DNA from: an uncultured Alphaproteobacteria bacterium | GTDB taxonomy: Bacteria > Pseudomonadota > Alphaproteobacteria > UBA7879 > UBA5542 | Length of the DNA: 58,373 nucleotides | Reading direction: 5' to 3' | Assembly: GCA_903912365.1 (NCBI GenBank) | Contig: CAIWGV010000035.1 | Location: 1-58,373 of the forward strand | Part shown: positions 26,081 to 34,016 of the stretch, one piece after another | How the letters are laid out: every line of letters begins with the position of its first letter | How positions within the stretch are numbered: the first letter of the stretch is position 1 | Program-made: the position numbers and the translations under genes | Notes under the pieces: generated by a model | Databases searched by the model: none | Told to the model about the DNA's origin: nothing | The model's input: the letters and a program-made list of their open reading frames with translations, nothing else

Positions 26081-27541
26081 TTATCCTCTCCAATTTCTTG
26101 CATCCATTAAATCATCAAAGGTAATCACATGATCAAAATATCCTTTGTTTAAAAGAGCTTGATCTGCCCCTTCGGGGCAAATAAGGACTTTATGAATAGT
26201 TTTGTTTTTTTCATTTGGGAAAAGAGATAACTTGCGTTCAAATTCCTCAATCACACTGGATGTTACTTTGCTTTGAAGATATTTGATTTCACAAATGGTT
26301 AACACATGGTCAGCCCTTTCAAAGACTAAGTCCACCTGAAATCCTTTTTGTTGTTGGTTTGTGGCTTTATTAAAAAAGCTACCAGACTGATAATGAACTC
26401 CTGAAAAACCTAAAATTTTGGCAATAACGTAATGATATTTACGACACCACCGTTCAAACGAAAGCCCCAACCACTTGTAATAACTATCTGTTTTTATAGC
26501 CCCTTTAGGATTGTGGTTATAAACTCCCTCCTTGATAGAGCGCTCTATCGGTTTAATGAATTTAAAGTAGTAATACAAATAATTATCCAGAATCGTATAG
26601 CGAGATAAGCGTGTACCAGAGTCCCGATTAAAAGGGTGATATTTCTCTATAAACCCACAGCCCTCTAAGTCATTCAGTAAAGAACTAAGAGTTCCGCCAG
26701 ATTCAATCCCTACGCTCTTGGCAATTTCAGAACGACTGAGAAAATTCTTTTTGCTCAGTTGCTCTATAATTTCTTTGTAATATTTATTTTCTGCCAGATG
26801 ACTGGTAAAAATGCGTTTATACTCATTAGAAAAAAAGCTATCTGCAGCAAAAGAGTTATTGCACAATCCTAAAAACAAAGAGGACTCCTTATTAACCCAC
26901 TTTAAATATTCTGGAATACCCCCTACTGTTAAATAGGCATCAAATACCTCTTTGTTGCTTTTTCCTTTTAAAAATTCCTTTGCTTCCAAAATAGTGAATT
27001 CCTTTAAAGAAATCTCATATTGGCTCCTATTATAGAGAGCCTTAGAATGCACCACTTTATCAATCATAAATGAGGGCGCAGATCCACATAGAAGCAATAG
27101 TAGCTCAGGGTTCTTTTTAAAGAAATTATCCCAGGCATATTTAAGGTCAGAAATCATATCTGTTTTATAATTAGCAAGCCATTGTAACTCTTCAAAGTAA
27201 ATGGTCCATTTCCCTGTAGCTGTATAAGTAGCTAACAGTTGAAAAAAATCTCCCCAGTTTTTGATCTGATCTTGAGGAGGCAAAGGCTCATTAACATAAA
27301 GACTCAGCTGGCTCATAACCCTTTCAAGCTGTTGTTTTTCATCAAGACCTTCAATGCCCTCAAACTTAACAATGTTTCGATCTCTAAAGGCTTGCTCAAG
27401 AAGTTCTGTTTTTCCAATTCTTCGTCTCCCATACATCACAACAATGCTGGCCTTTTTAGTTTTATCAATATCTGCTAATTTCTTTAATTCATAAGAACGC
27501 CCTATAAATTCTTTGTTTTTCTCTATAAATAACGATTTCAT
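26081..27541 (-). CDS. ATPase (PF01637-type P-loop) with wHTH and C-terminal DUF234-like PD-(D/E)xK segment
   Basis: 486 aa. FIGRSYELKKL...VVMYGRRRIGKTELL (Walker A), TIYFEELQWL (Walker B-like), a mid-protein wHTH-like LSRSEIAKSVGIESGGTLSSLLNDLEGCGFIEK, and C-terminal QVDLVFERADHVLTICEIKY (D..E.K nuclease-like core). Confidence 0.75.
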   Translation of the reverse strand: MKSLFIEKNKEFIGRSYELKKLADIDKTKKASIVVMYGRRRIGKTELLEQAFRDRNIVKFEGIEGLDEKQQLERVMSQLSLYVNEPLPPQDQIKNWGDFFQLLATYTATGKWTIYFEELQWLANYKTDMISDLKYAWDNFFKKNPELLLLLCGSAPSFMIDKVVHSKALYNRSQYEISLKEFTILEAKEFLKGKSNKEVFDAYLTVGGIPEYLKWVNKESSLFLGLCNNSFAADSFFSNEYKRIFTSHLAENKYYKEIIEQLSKKNFLSRSEIAKSVGIESGGTLSSLLNDLEGCGFIEKYHPFNRDSGTRLSRYTILDNYLYYYFKFIKPIERSIKEGVYNHNPKGAIKTDSYYKWLGLSFERWCRKYHYVIAKILGFSGVHYQSGSFFNKATNQQQKGFQVDLVFERADHVLTICEIKYLQSKVTSSVIEEFERKLSLFPNEKNKTIHKVLICPEGADQALLNKGYFDHVITFDDLMDARNWRG

Positions 27542-27555
27542 TTTTAAATACCTTC

Positions 27556-27670
27556 TTAGCCAATTAGCCTAGGTATAACACATAATTGGCTAAAAATAAA
27601 CCAATATTTCAGCCAATCACTATATAAATTCAACATGATTGGCTAAAATTATAATATGAATTTAGCCAAA
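27556..27670. promoter_or_regulatory. phased array of five AGCCAAT/ATTGGCT half-sites upstream of the ATPase gene
   Basis: TTAGCCAAT (27556), ATTGGCTAA (27585), TCAGCCAAT (27609), ATTGGCTAA (27638) and TTAGCCAAA (27662). These make two inverted pairs with 20-bp spacers at a 53-bp period plus one half-site. The first site is 15 bp from the start codon. Confidence 0.5.
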
Positions 27671-28098
27671 TAAGGGGAGATGTACAAAAAGAAAAGAAAG
27701 AAGCCTGATGGAAAGAATAGGGCCACAGCACCACAGTTTCGTTGGGTTTTCAGACTCTGAAGAAATATCTCTAAAGAGCCTGGAGCTCACAAAAATGTCT
27801 TTTTCCACTTTTGTGATCTATGAAGCATACATTTCAGAGGTCACAAATTTGTGATTTTCTGTCTAAATGTTTACCCACAGTCTACATTTTCGCATTTTTT
27901 TACAAAAAAATGACATTTGATACTCTTTATAAATTCTTAAGCAATCATACCAAGGGTATCATGGTGCATAAAAAATTAAAGAAGCTGATGTCTATATGAT
28001 ATCTCCCCACATAGTGACTACCTCTATCTGACCTTCTTTTTGAGGAATTTTCTGAGAGGGCCTACCTTGTAGATGAATTATGATTAGCAGCCAAGTTT

Positions 28099-28944
28099 TT
28101 ATATCTCTATAATTTCCTGAATTTCTGGATACCTATATTCAGCTTTCCCTACCTTTACGGTAAGATTCTCAAGAGGCTGAAAAATTGCCGCGTCGTGTGT
28201 ATGTCCACAAAGGACTAAAAAGTCCACATTCTTATTCTTTTTAGCGCTTTTTAAAAGAATCTGTCCGGTTACTTTGGAAGAAAAAAACGGCAAGTGAGAG
28301 TCATCTGTTTTCTGACCTCTAAATAAACAGGCTTCTTCAAAGGGAGGAACATGAACTAAAATAATCATTTTTTTTGGATTATAAAGAGTAATAGCTTCTT
28401 CAATGTTTTGATGAAGATCTTTGGCATCTCTATCCGCTAATTCCTGCATCTTTTTTAATCTGTGAGAGTAGAATTCAGCTTCATAAGTACGGGGGAATTC
28501 AGAAAATTCTGATAAAAACTCTTTAATATACCTATGATCGTTGAGCATAACTGTACTTTTTTTATAATTTCCATATCGTCCATCGGCAAAACAATCTTTT
28601 CCGATAACAACCACCCCTTCCTTTAAGACGGGATTATAATTCTTTAAATCTGTTGTTCCTATCCAGGATAAGAGGGGATTATTTTTTGTTAGAGAGACCA
28701 TTGCAGCACGGGTCTCCTCAACACTTCCGCGATAAAAATCATGATTTCCCAAAACAAAATAAATAGGAATTTTAAGGGCCTCCCCCATTTCGGTAAGATA
28801 TTTTTCAACATTCGGAGATTCGGCAATATCCCCACTTATGATAACCGCATCAGGAGACTCCTTTGAAATAGAGGAATAGAAAAATAATCTGTCCTCTAAC
28901 ATGAGGAAATTTAAATGAATATCTGTAATCCAACACAATTTCAT
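28099..28944 (-). CDS. metallophosphoesterase (calcineurin-like superfamily)
   Basis: 281 aa with all five MPE motifs in order: ITDIHLN, SGDIAE, GNHD, LVHVPP, GHTHD. Confidence 0.8.
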   Translation of the reverse strand: MKLCWITDIHLNFLMLEDRLFFYSSISKESPDAVIISGDIAESPNVEKYLTEMGEALKIPIYFVLGNHDFYRGSVEETRAAMVSLTKNNPLLSWIGTTDLKNYNPVLKEGVVVIGKDCFADGRYGNYKKSTVMLNDHRYIKEFLSEFSEFPRTYEAEFYSHRLKKMQELADRDAKDLHQNIEEAITLYNPKKMIILVHVPPFEEACLFRGQKTDDSHLPFFSSKVTGQILLKSAKKNKNVDFLVLCGHTHDAAIFQPLENLTVKVGKAEYRYPEIQEIIEI

Positions 28945-29111
28945 GTTCGGCTCCTTTATAATCTTGTATTCCTGGGCCGTCTAAAATAAAGAACAACATC
29001 GTAAAGTGTTTTGTGAGAAACAAGACAGAGAACAGAGTTGCACTTCATACTTGAATTCGGCATATAAATATATAAAATAATTTTGCTAAATACGAGGATA
29101 TTTTTACAAAA

Positions 29112-29618
29112 ATGCAAAAAACCTTCTTTATTGGGGATACCCATTTCGGACATAAAAATATAATGTCTTTTGAACCAGTGGCACGCCCCTTTTCTTCATT
29201 AGAGGAAATGCATGAAGTCATGATTGATAGATGGAATTCAGTTGTAGACCCCGATGATATTGTCTATCATCTGGGAGATTTTTGTTTTGGAAAAGGATGG
29301 ATTTGGAAGGCTTCCCTTTTGAATGGAGACAAAAGACTTATCCTAGGAAATCATGATTCTTACCCTATGGAAGAGTATCTAAAATATTTTAAATGGGTAC
29401 GAGGTGTTTACCATTGGAAGGATTGTATTTTAACTCATATCCCTATTCATCCTAATGGGTTGGGAAAGAGGTTTAAATTCAATATACACGGCCATCTTCA
29501 TAGCAAAACTGTAGGAGATGACCGCTATATTAATGTGAGCTGTGAAAGGAATAATTTGTATCCAATTGATGCTACGGAATTGTTTAAGCAGAATCAGCCT
29601 TCAGATAGCTATGATTGA
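29112..29618 (+). CDS. small metallophosphoesterase (phage-type)
   Basis: 168 aa. Motifs FIGDTHFGH, HLGDFCFG, GNHD, LTHIP and HGHLH. Divergent from the 281-aa MPE across a 167-bp spacer. Confidence 0.8.
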   Translation: MQKTFFIGDTHFGHKNIMSFEPVARPFSSLEEMHEVMIDRWNSVVDPDDIVYHLGDFCFGKGWIWKASLLNGDKRLILGNHDSYPMEEYLKYFKWVRGVYHWKDCILTHIPIHPNGLGKRFKFNIHGHLHSKTVGDDRYINVSCERNNLYPIDATELFKQNQPSDSYD

Positions 29619-29646
29619 GTTGGTGCAAAAAATGCACAAACTCCAA

Positions 29647-29667
29647 CTACCGAGAGATTCTCGGTAG
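29647..29667 (+). terminator. perfect 9-bp stem-loop downstream of the small MPE gene
   Basis: CTACCGAGA-GAT-TCTCGGTAG. There is no clear T-tract afterwards, so it could be a terminator or a protein-binding palindrome. Confidence 0.35.
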
Positions 29668-29909
29668 TTCAACACCTTATCAAGGCCCTTATTTCCCAAA
29701 AAGTCGCGCATACTGCAGAAAAGGACCGAGATATGACCAAAATATCGCTTACAGATTTACCTGAAGGGTTCCTCTCAAATACACCCGGCCGGGAGCTTTT
29801 CCTTCCATTTAAATCAAATATAATTAACTTTTCTTATATTTTTCCCTTGAAAATCAAATATAATTTATTATAATTAGGAATAAGGATGAAAAGTAAAATA
29901 TAGCTTACC

Positions 29910-31112
29910 ATGGCAAAGTTATTGTGGGGAAAAGTTTATTATCAAGATCGGTTCGCTGGGATACTCAGTGAAGAACCAGGGCATTCTATTGCCTTCACTT
30001 ATGACCCGAGTTACTTGAATGGAAAAAATCCCGCCATTGCCCATACACTTCCCCTAAAGGAAGAACCTTTTATCAGCCAGATGGGATTACCGCCTTTTTT
30101 TGACAATCTTGTATCAGAGGGATGGCTTGAGGTGGCCCAGAAAAGATTACTGAATCGGCAGGCCTCTCGATTCGAACTTTTGCTTGCTTTTGGGTATGAT
30201 TGCATCGGCGCAGTTTCTGTCCTTGACCCAGACCCTATTAAGCTTCAGAAAACATCTATTGATATGACGGATATGAAGGAAGTAGCTGTTTTGGCTAGTC
30301 GCGCGTCCCTTTCAGGGGTTCAGCCTAAGCTTGCGCTCATCGAAAGAGAAGGAAAATTTTATTCAACCCAAGCGGGAGAGCTGAGCACCCATATTGCCAA
30401 GTTTCCGTCTGCGGCTCACAAGCATGATGACATCATTTACAATGAATATCTCATAAGCCTTGCTTTTCAGGCTTTGTTACCGGGAGATTCTGTAGCCCAG
30501 CTTCAGATAGGATCTGTGGAAGGGGTAAAAGAAGAGTCTCTGATTATCAAAAGATTTGACCGGGCCCCCGGCGGGAAGAGAATACATTTTGAAGAATTTA
30601 ACCAACTTTTAGGACGCATGTCTCAAGACAAATATGAAGGCGCTTATGAAGATATGGCTCGGTTTATCAACACAACACCTGGATGTTTGGAAATTGAAAC
30701 CTATCGCCTCTTTCTAAGAATTTTGGCAGGCCTTCTGTTGGGAAATACAGATATGCATCTGAAAAACTTTGCCATGTTTCACACAGAAGCAGGATTGAGA
30801 CTGACGCCTTCCTATGATCAGCTTTCTTCCGTGCTGTATAAATATAAAAACATAGCTCTTTCCATGAACGGATCTAAGGATCTCCTCTTAGGAAATCTGA
30901 AGGCTAACGCCATTGTTCGATTAGGCGAAGGCTTTGGATTGAAAAAAGAAACCATCCGAATGGCGTTTGATCACCTGGCAGCCCATAAGGAGAGCGCTAA
31001 GGAAAAGATTTTGGAAGCTAAATATGGACATTTCTATTTCAGAAATAAACTTATTAACATTATGGATGCACGATGGAACGGAACATTCGCCTCGATTGGA
31101 GCTCTCTTGTAG
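29910..31112 (+). CDS. hipA: HipA-family serine/threonine kinase toxin
   Basis: 400 aa. HipA N-terminal coupling domain, P-loop-like SLSGVQPKLAL, catalytic GNTDMHLKNFAM, and LTPSYDQLSS. Confidence 0.85.
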   Translation: MAKLLWGKVYYQDRFAGILSEEPGHSIAFTYDPSYLNGKNPAIAHTLPLKEEPFISQMGLPPFFDNLVSEGWLEVAQKRLLNRQASRFELLLAFGYDCIGAVSVLDPDPIKLQKTSIDMTDMKEVAVLASRASLSGVQPKLALIEREGKFYSTQAGELSTHIAKFPSAAHKHDDIIYNEYLISLAFQALLPGDSVAQLQIGSVEGVKEESLIIKRFDRAPGGKRIHFEEFNQLLGRMSQDKYEGAYEDMARFINTTPGCLEIETYRLFLRILAGLLLGNTDMHLKNFAMFHTEAGLRLTPSYDQLSSVLYKYKNIALSMNGSKDLLLGNLKANAIVRLGEGFGLKKETIRMAFDHLAAHKESAKEKILEAKYGHFYFRNKLINIMDARWNGTFASIGALL

Positions 31113-31273
31113 CGGAAGCTATTAGACGCCGGAAAGAACAAGGGCTGACTCAAAAACAATTGGCTGTTTTTGTGGGTCTCAGTAGCCCCACTGTCAACGC
31201 CTTTGAGCAAGGAAAGCAGACCATAACTCTGGAATCTGCAGTTAAGATTCTAGCTAGCCTGGGATTGGCGTAA
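31073..31273 (+). CDS. XRE-family HTH protein (candidate HipB-like antitoxin encoded downstream)
   Basis: 66 aa. IRRRKEQGLTQKQLAVFVGLSSPTVNAFEQGKQTITLESAVKILASLGL is a complete Cro/C1-type HTH. The only in-frame ATG overlaps the hipA 3' end by 40 nt. Confidence 0.7.
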   Translation: MERNIRLDWSSLVAEAIRRRKEQGLTQKQLAVFVGLSSPTVNAFEQGKQTITLESAVKILASLGLA

Positions 31274-31288
31274 AGAGATCGTTTTAGT

Positions 31289-31369
31289 GTTCTCCACGAA
31301 TTCCACAAGCCCAGTCCGGCTTAGCTATATGAGAGAGCAGCCGTTAGGGCTGTGGAAATGTGGATAACT
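31289..31369 (+). repeat. ~82-bp palindromic repeat element, copy C
   Basis: GTTCTCCACGAATTCCACAAGCCCAG...GGGCTGTGGAAATGTGGATAACT, located between the convergent HTH and TraD-like genes. Confidence 0.8.
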
Positions 31370-31472
31370 TTGCTCGCCTCTTTCATTAATTTTTTGCAAA
31401 CAACCCCCTAAAATATCCAAAGACAGGACAAAACAACCCCTTGTTTTGTCCTATTTCATGAATAGCATGACA

Positions 31473-31940
31473 TCAAACTCCTGGAATCTTCAGCCTGTAA
31501 ACACTTCCATGGTTTCCAATCAAAGATAGAATTTCTTTCCTCACAGCTTTGCCTTCCCAGATCTGCTGGCTATTTTCAGATGTGAATCCACGCTCCCAGA
31601 GAGATTTCCGAACCTCTTCTGGAGGCAGCTTTTTAAATACCACCTGCAAGGCCGGAGGTTCTTTTTCGGGCTTCTCTGGTTTTGCGAGATACGGCAACCC
31701 ATGCTCTGCCCATTCATTGGCTACTCTTTTATCCCTCAATGATTCTTGGATGTGCAAAAACCCACCTGCCAAAACTTTGTGGTCAAAAGTTGAGATCCTG
31801 CATCGCTCCATAATCTCTCCCAGGCGGATGAAATTACTGATGCGCGCTTTGCGCTCCTTGATCTTTAATAATATTTCATGGCTCTGAAGCCTCGCCTGTT
31901 CCTGAGCGAGCTTTTTTCTGTCCTCTTGCAAAATATACAT
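31473..31940 (-). CDS. TraD-like conjugal-transfer accessory protein (tentative)
   Basis: 155 aa. KERKARISNFIRLGEIMERCRI..DHKVLAGGFL resembles the small alphaproteobacterial TraD motif (R-K-x-R-x-x-I-x-LGG..L-G-LL). The C-terminal LQVVFKKLPPEEVRKSLWERGF...WEGK segment is also seen in that family. Recalled from memory, not searched. Confidence 0.4.
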   Translation of the reverse strand: MYILQEDRKKLAQEQARLQSHEILLKIKERKARISNFIRLGEIMERCRISTFDHKVLAGGFLHIQESLRDKRVANEWAEHGLPYLAKPEKPEKEPPALQVVFKKLPPEEVRKSLWERGFTSENSQQIWEGKAVRKEILSLIGNHGSVYRLKIPGV

Positions 31941-32166
31941 CCCATACCCTCCAAACGGCCCTTTGGCCTTCCATATTACAAGCTGATATTACCAAAAATA
32001 AAGGAGATTTTGTAGTAAGTTTGAAAAGGGATTCGTCTTATATGCAATATGCAAACTCAAAGTGAGTTGGCGATTTTTGAGGAAATAAGGAGTTATAAAA
32101 AAATCTCGCCTCTTTAAAAAGGTCAACATTTCTATAAGAGGGTATGATAGATTTCTTGACTGAGGA

Positions 32167-33906
32167 ATGATTATGACAGAAAGAAAACTGGATCAAGAAT
32201 TGAAGGAAAAGACAGAGATTGAGGACTCTTCTGAGCATGATCTTCCGCCCATTACGGTCTCATCTTTAAAGCTCTTTGCTCAAAAACAAACCATTAAACC
32301 AGGAGTGATAACTGTATTTGTGGGGCCTAATAACTCTGGGAAGAGTCAAGCCCTTAGGGATATTAAAGCTTTGTGCACGGCTAAAGAGAAAGAAGGATAT
32401 TACTCGAAGGTAGTAAAAGAAATAGAACTGGATGGACTTCCAAACACTAAAGAAGAGACACAAATAGCCTTTCCCGGTCAGTGTGCTCTTTCTCTTAATG
32501 AGGCCAATCCACCTGAATGGGTTTGCTCTGTAGAAACATACTCCACAGAATCTGGATTTTTGCGTTTTTCGCAAGAAGACTATGCAAAAATATATGATAA
32601 AGATGAAAAAGACAGGATAAGTACAAAAAAGTATCTTATGCCGAACCGTCTTGTTCATTTGACTGGGAAAGATAGATTCTATCTAGTATCTCCACGAAAG
32701 AGTGCCGCCAGTTTTTTTGGTACCCATTTAAGGCTTTTAAGTGGAGTACGTTTGAATAAATTAAATGAAATCATTTATGAGTTTTTCTCCAAGTACATAA
32801 TTCCTGTGAGAAATGGCTCTAATAGCTGCATCTTAAAGGTGTCAGATTCCTTGCCCGATTTTGAGTTAATGCCTTCTTGGGTGTCTACTGAAGAGTTGGA
32901 GAAGCAAAATAAATTTTATAATAATTGTCCTTTGCTCGAAGATGAAGGAGATGGAATTCAAGCGGCAGTAGGAATCCTAAGTGCTCTCTTGGTGATGCCC
33001 CAAACAATCCTTTTAATCGATGAACCAGAAGCGTTCTTGTCTCCATCTCTTGCTAGGAAACTGGCAGACAAACTGACACGTTTGGCCAAAGAGAGGAGAG
33101 CTTCTTTGTTTATTTCTACGCATAGTTCAGATTTTTTGATGGGCTGCGTGGAGACTTCCAAAAAAGAAGAAGAAAATGACTTGAAGATCGTGCGTCTAAC
33201 GCATAAAAACGGATTTTCTACAGCTCATGAAGTTCCTTGGAAGACGGTTAAAGAATTTGATACCAATCCTGCTCTTAGAAGCTCAGCAGCTATTGATGGA
33301 CTGTTTCATAAAGGTACGATTGTAACGGAGGGACATAGGGATAGAGTTTTTTATGATGAGGCAGCTCGGATCTTTGGTTTAAAAGATAGAAAGGTTATTG
33401 ATTCAGGTGGAGGATTTAAACAGATTCACAAAACTATAGGACCTTTGAGAGAGATGGGGGTGGTCGCTGCAGCAATTGTAGATTTTGATTTCCTTCTAGA
33501 CACAGACGAAGATGCAAGGACCAGTTTATATAAATCACTCAATATAACTTCTCCTGTATTTAGTGACTCTTTGGACAGGAAATTGAAAGATTTTTTGGAG
33601 AAAAAACCGAAATGTTCTGAATGTGGTGGATCAAAAGAAGGTGAGAAGCATCCTGCAAAAAAAGGAGGAGTTAAGTGGATAGGCTTTTCAAGTAAAGACA
33701 AAAAGGAGCTAACTGAAATCCTGGTTAATCTGCATGCAAAAGGTCTATTTATAGTTCCGTATGGTGAGTTAGAAAATTGGCTTGAATTAAAAAAAGGTAG
33801 AGACTGGGATGCAAACTGGCTCTCTCGTCTTCACAACCAAACGCCTGATGAGTTGAAAGAAATAGAATCTTTTTATAAAGATATAAAGCGTTTCTTTGAG
33901 GAGTAA
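32167..33906 (+). CDS. OLD/PARIS-like ABC-type ATPase fused to a Toprim/DUF4435-like nuclease domain
   Basis: 579 aa. Walker A GPNNSGKS, Walker B/D-loop LLIDEPEAFLSP, H-loop STHSSDF, then TIVTEGHRDRVFYDE (VEGxxDxxFY-type Toprim Glu motif) and AAIVDFDFLLDTDED (acidic DxD-like cluster). Confidence 0.7.
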   Translation: MIMTERKLDQELKEKTEIEDSSEHDLPPITVSSLKLFAQKQTIKPGVITVFVGPNNSGKSQALRDIKALCTAKEKEGYYSKVVKEIELDGLPNTKEETQIAFPGQCALSLNEANPPEWVCSVETYSTESGFLRFSQEDYAKIYDKDEKDRISTKKYLMPNRLVHLTGKDRFYLVSPRKSAASFFGTHLRLLSGVRLNKLNEIIYEFFSKYIIPVRNGSNSCILKVSDSLPDFELMPSWVSTEELEKQNKFYNNCPLLEDEGDGIQAAVGILSALLVMPQTILLIDEPEAFLSPSLARKLADKLTRLAKERRASLFISTHSSDFLMGCVETSKKEEENDLKIVRLTHKNGFSTAHEVPWKTVKEFDTNPALRSSAAIDGLFHKGTIVTEGHRDRVFYDEAARIFGLKDRKVIDSGGGFKQIHKTIGPLREMGVVAAAIVDFDFLLDTDEDARTSLYKSLNITSPVFSDSLDRKLKDFLEKKPKCSECGGSKEGEKHPAKKGGVKWIGFSSKDKKELTEILVNLHAKGLFIVPYGELENWLELKKGRDWDANWLSRLHNQTPDELKEIESFYKDIKRFFEE

Positions 33907-34016
33907 TATCTTAAACTCTTGGAATTGAAGAGGAAGTTCCTCTCCCAAAAGTAGCACCAGGGTAGCACCGAAGAAAATCTCGAGATCCCTGAGGCCCCTA
34001 AAATCCTTAGTGAGAG

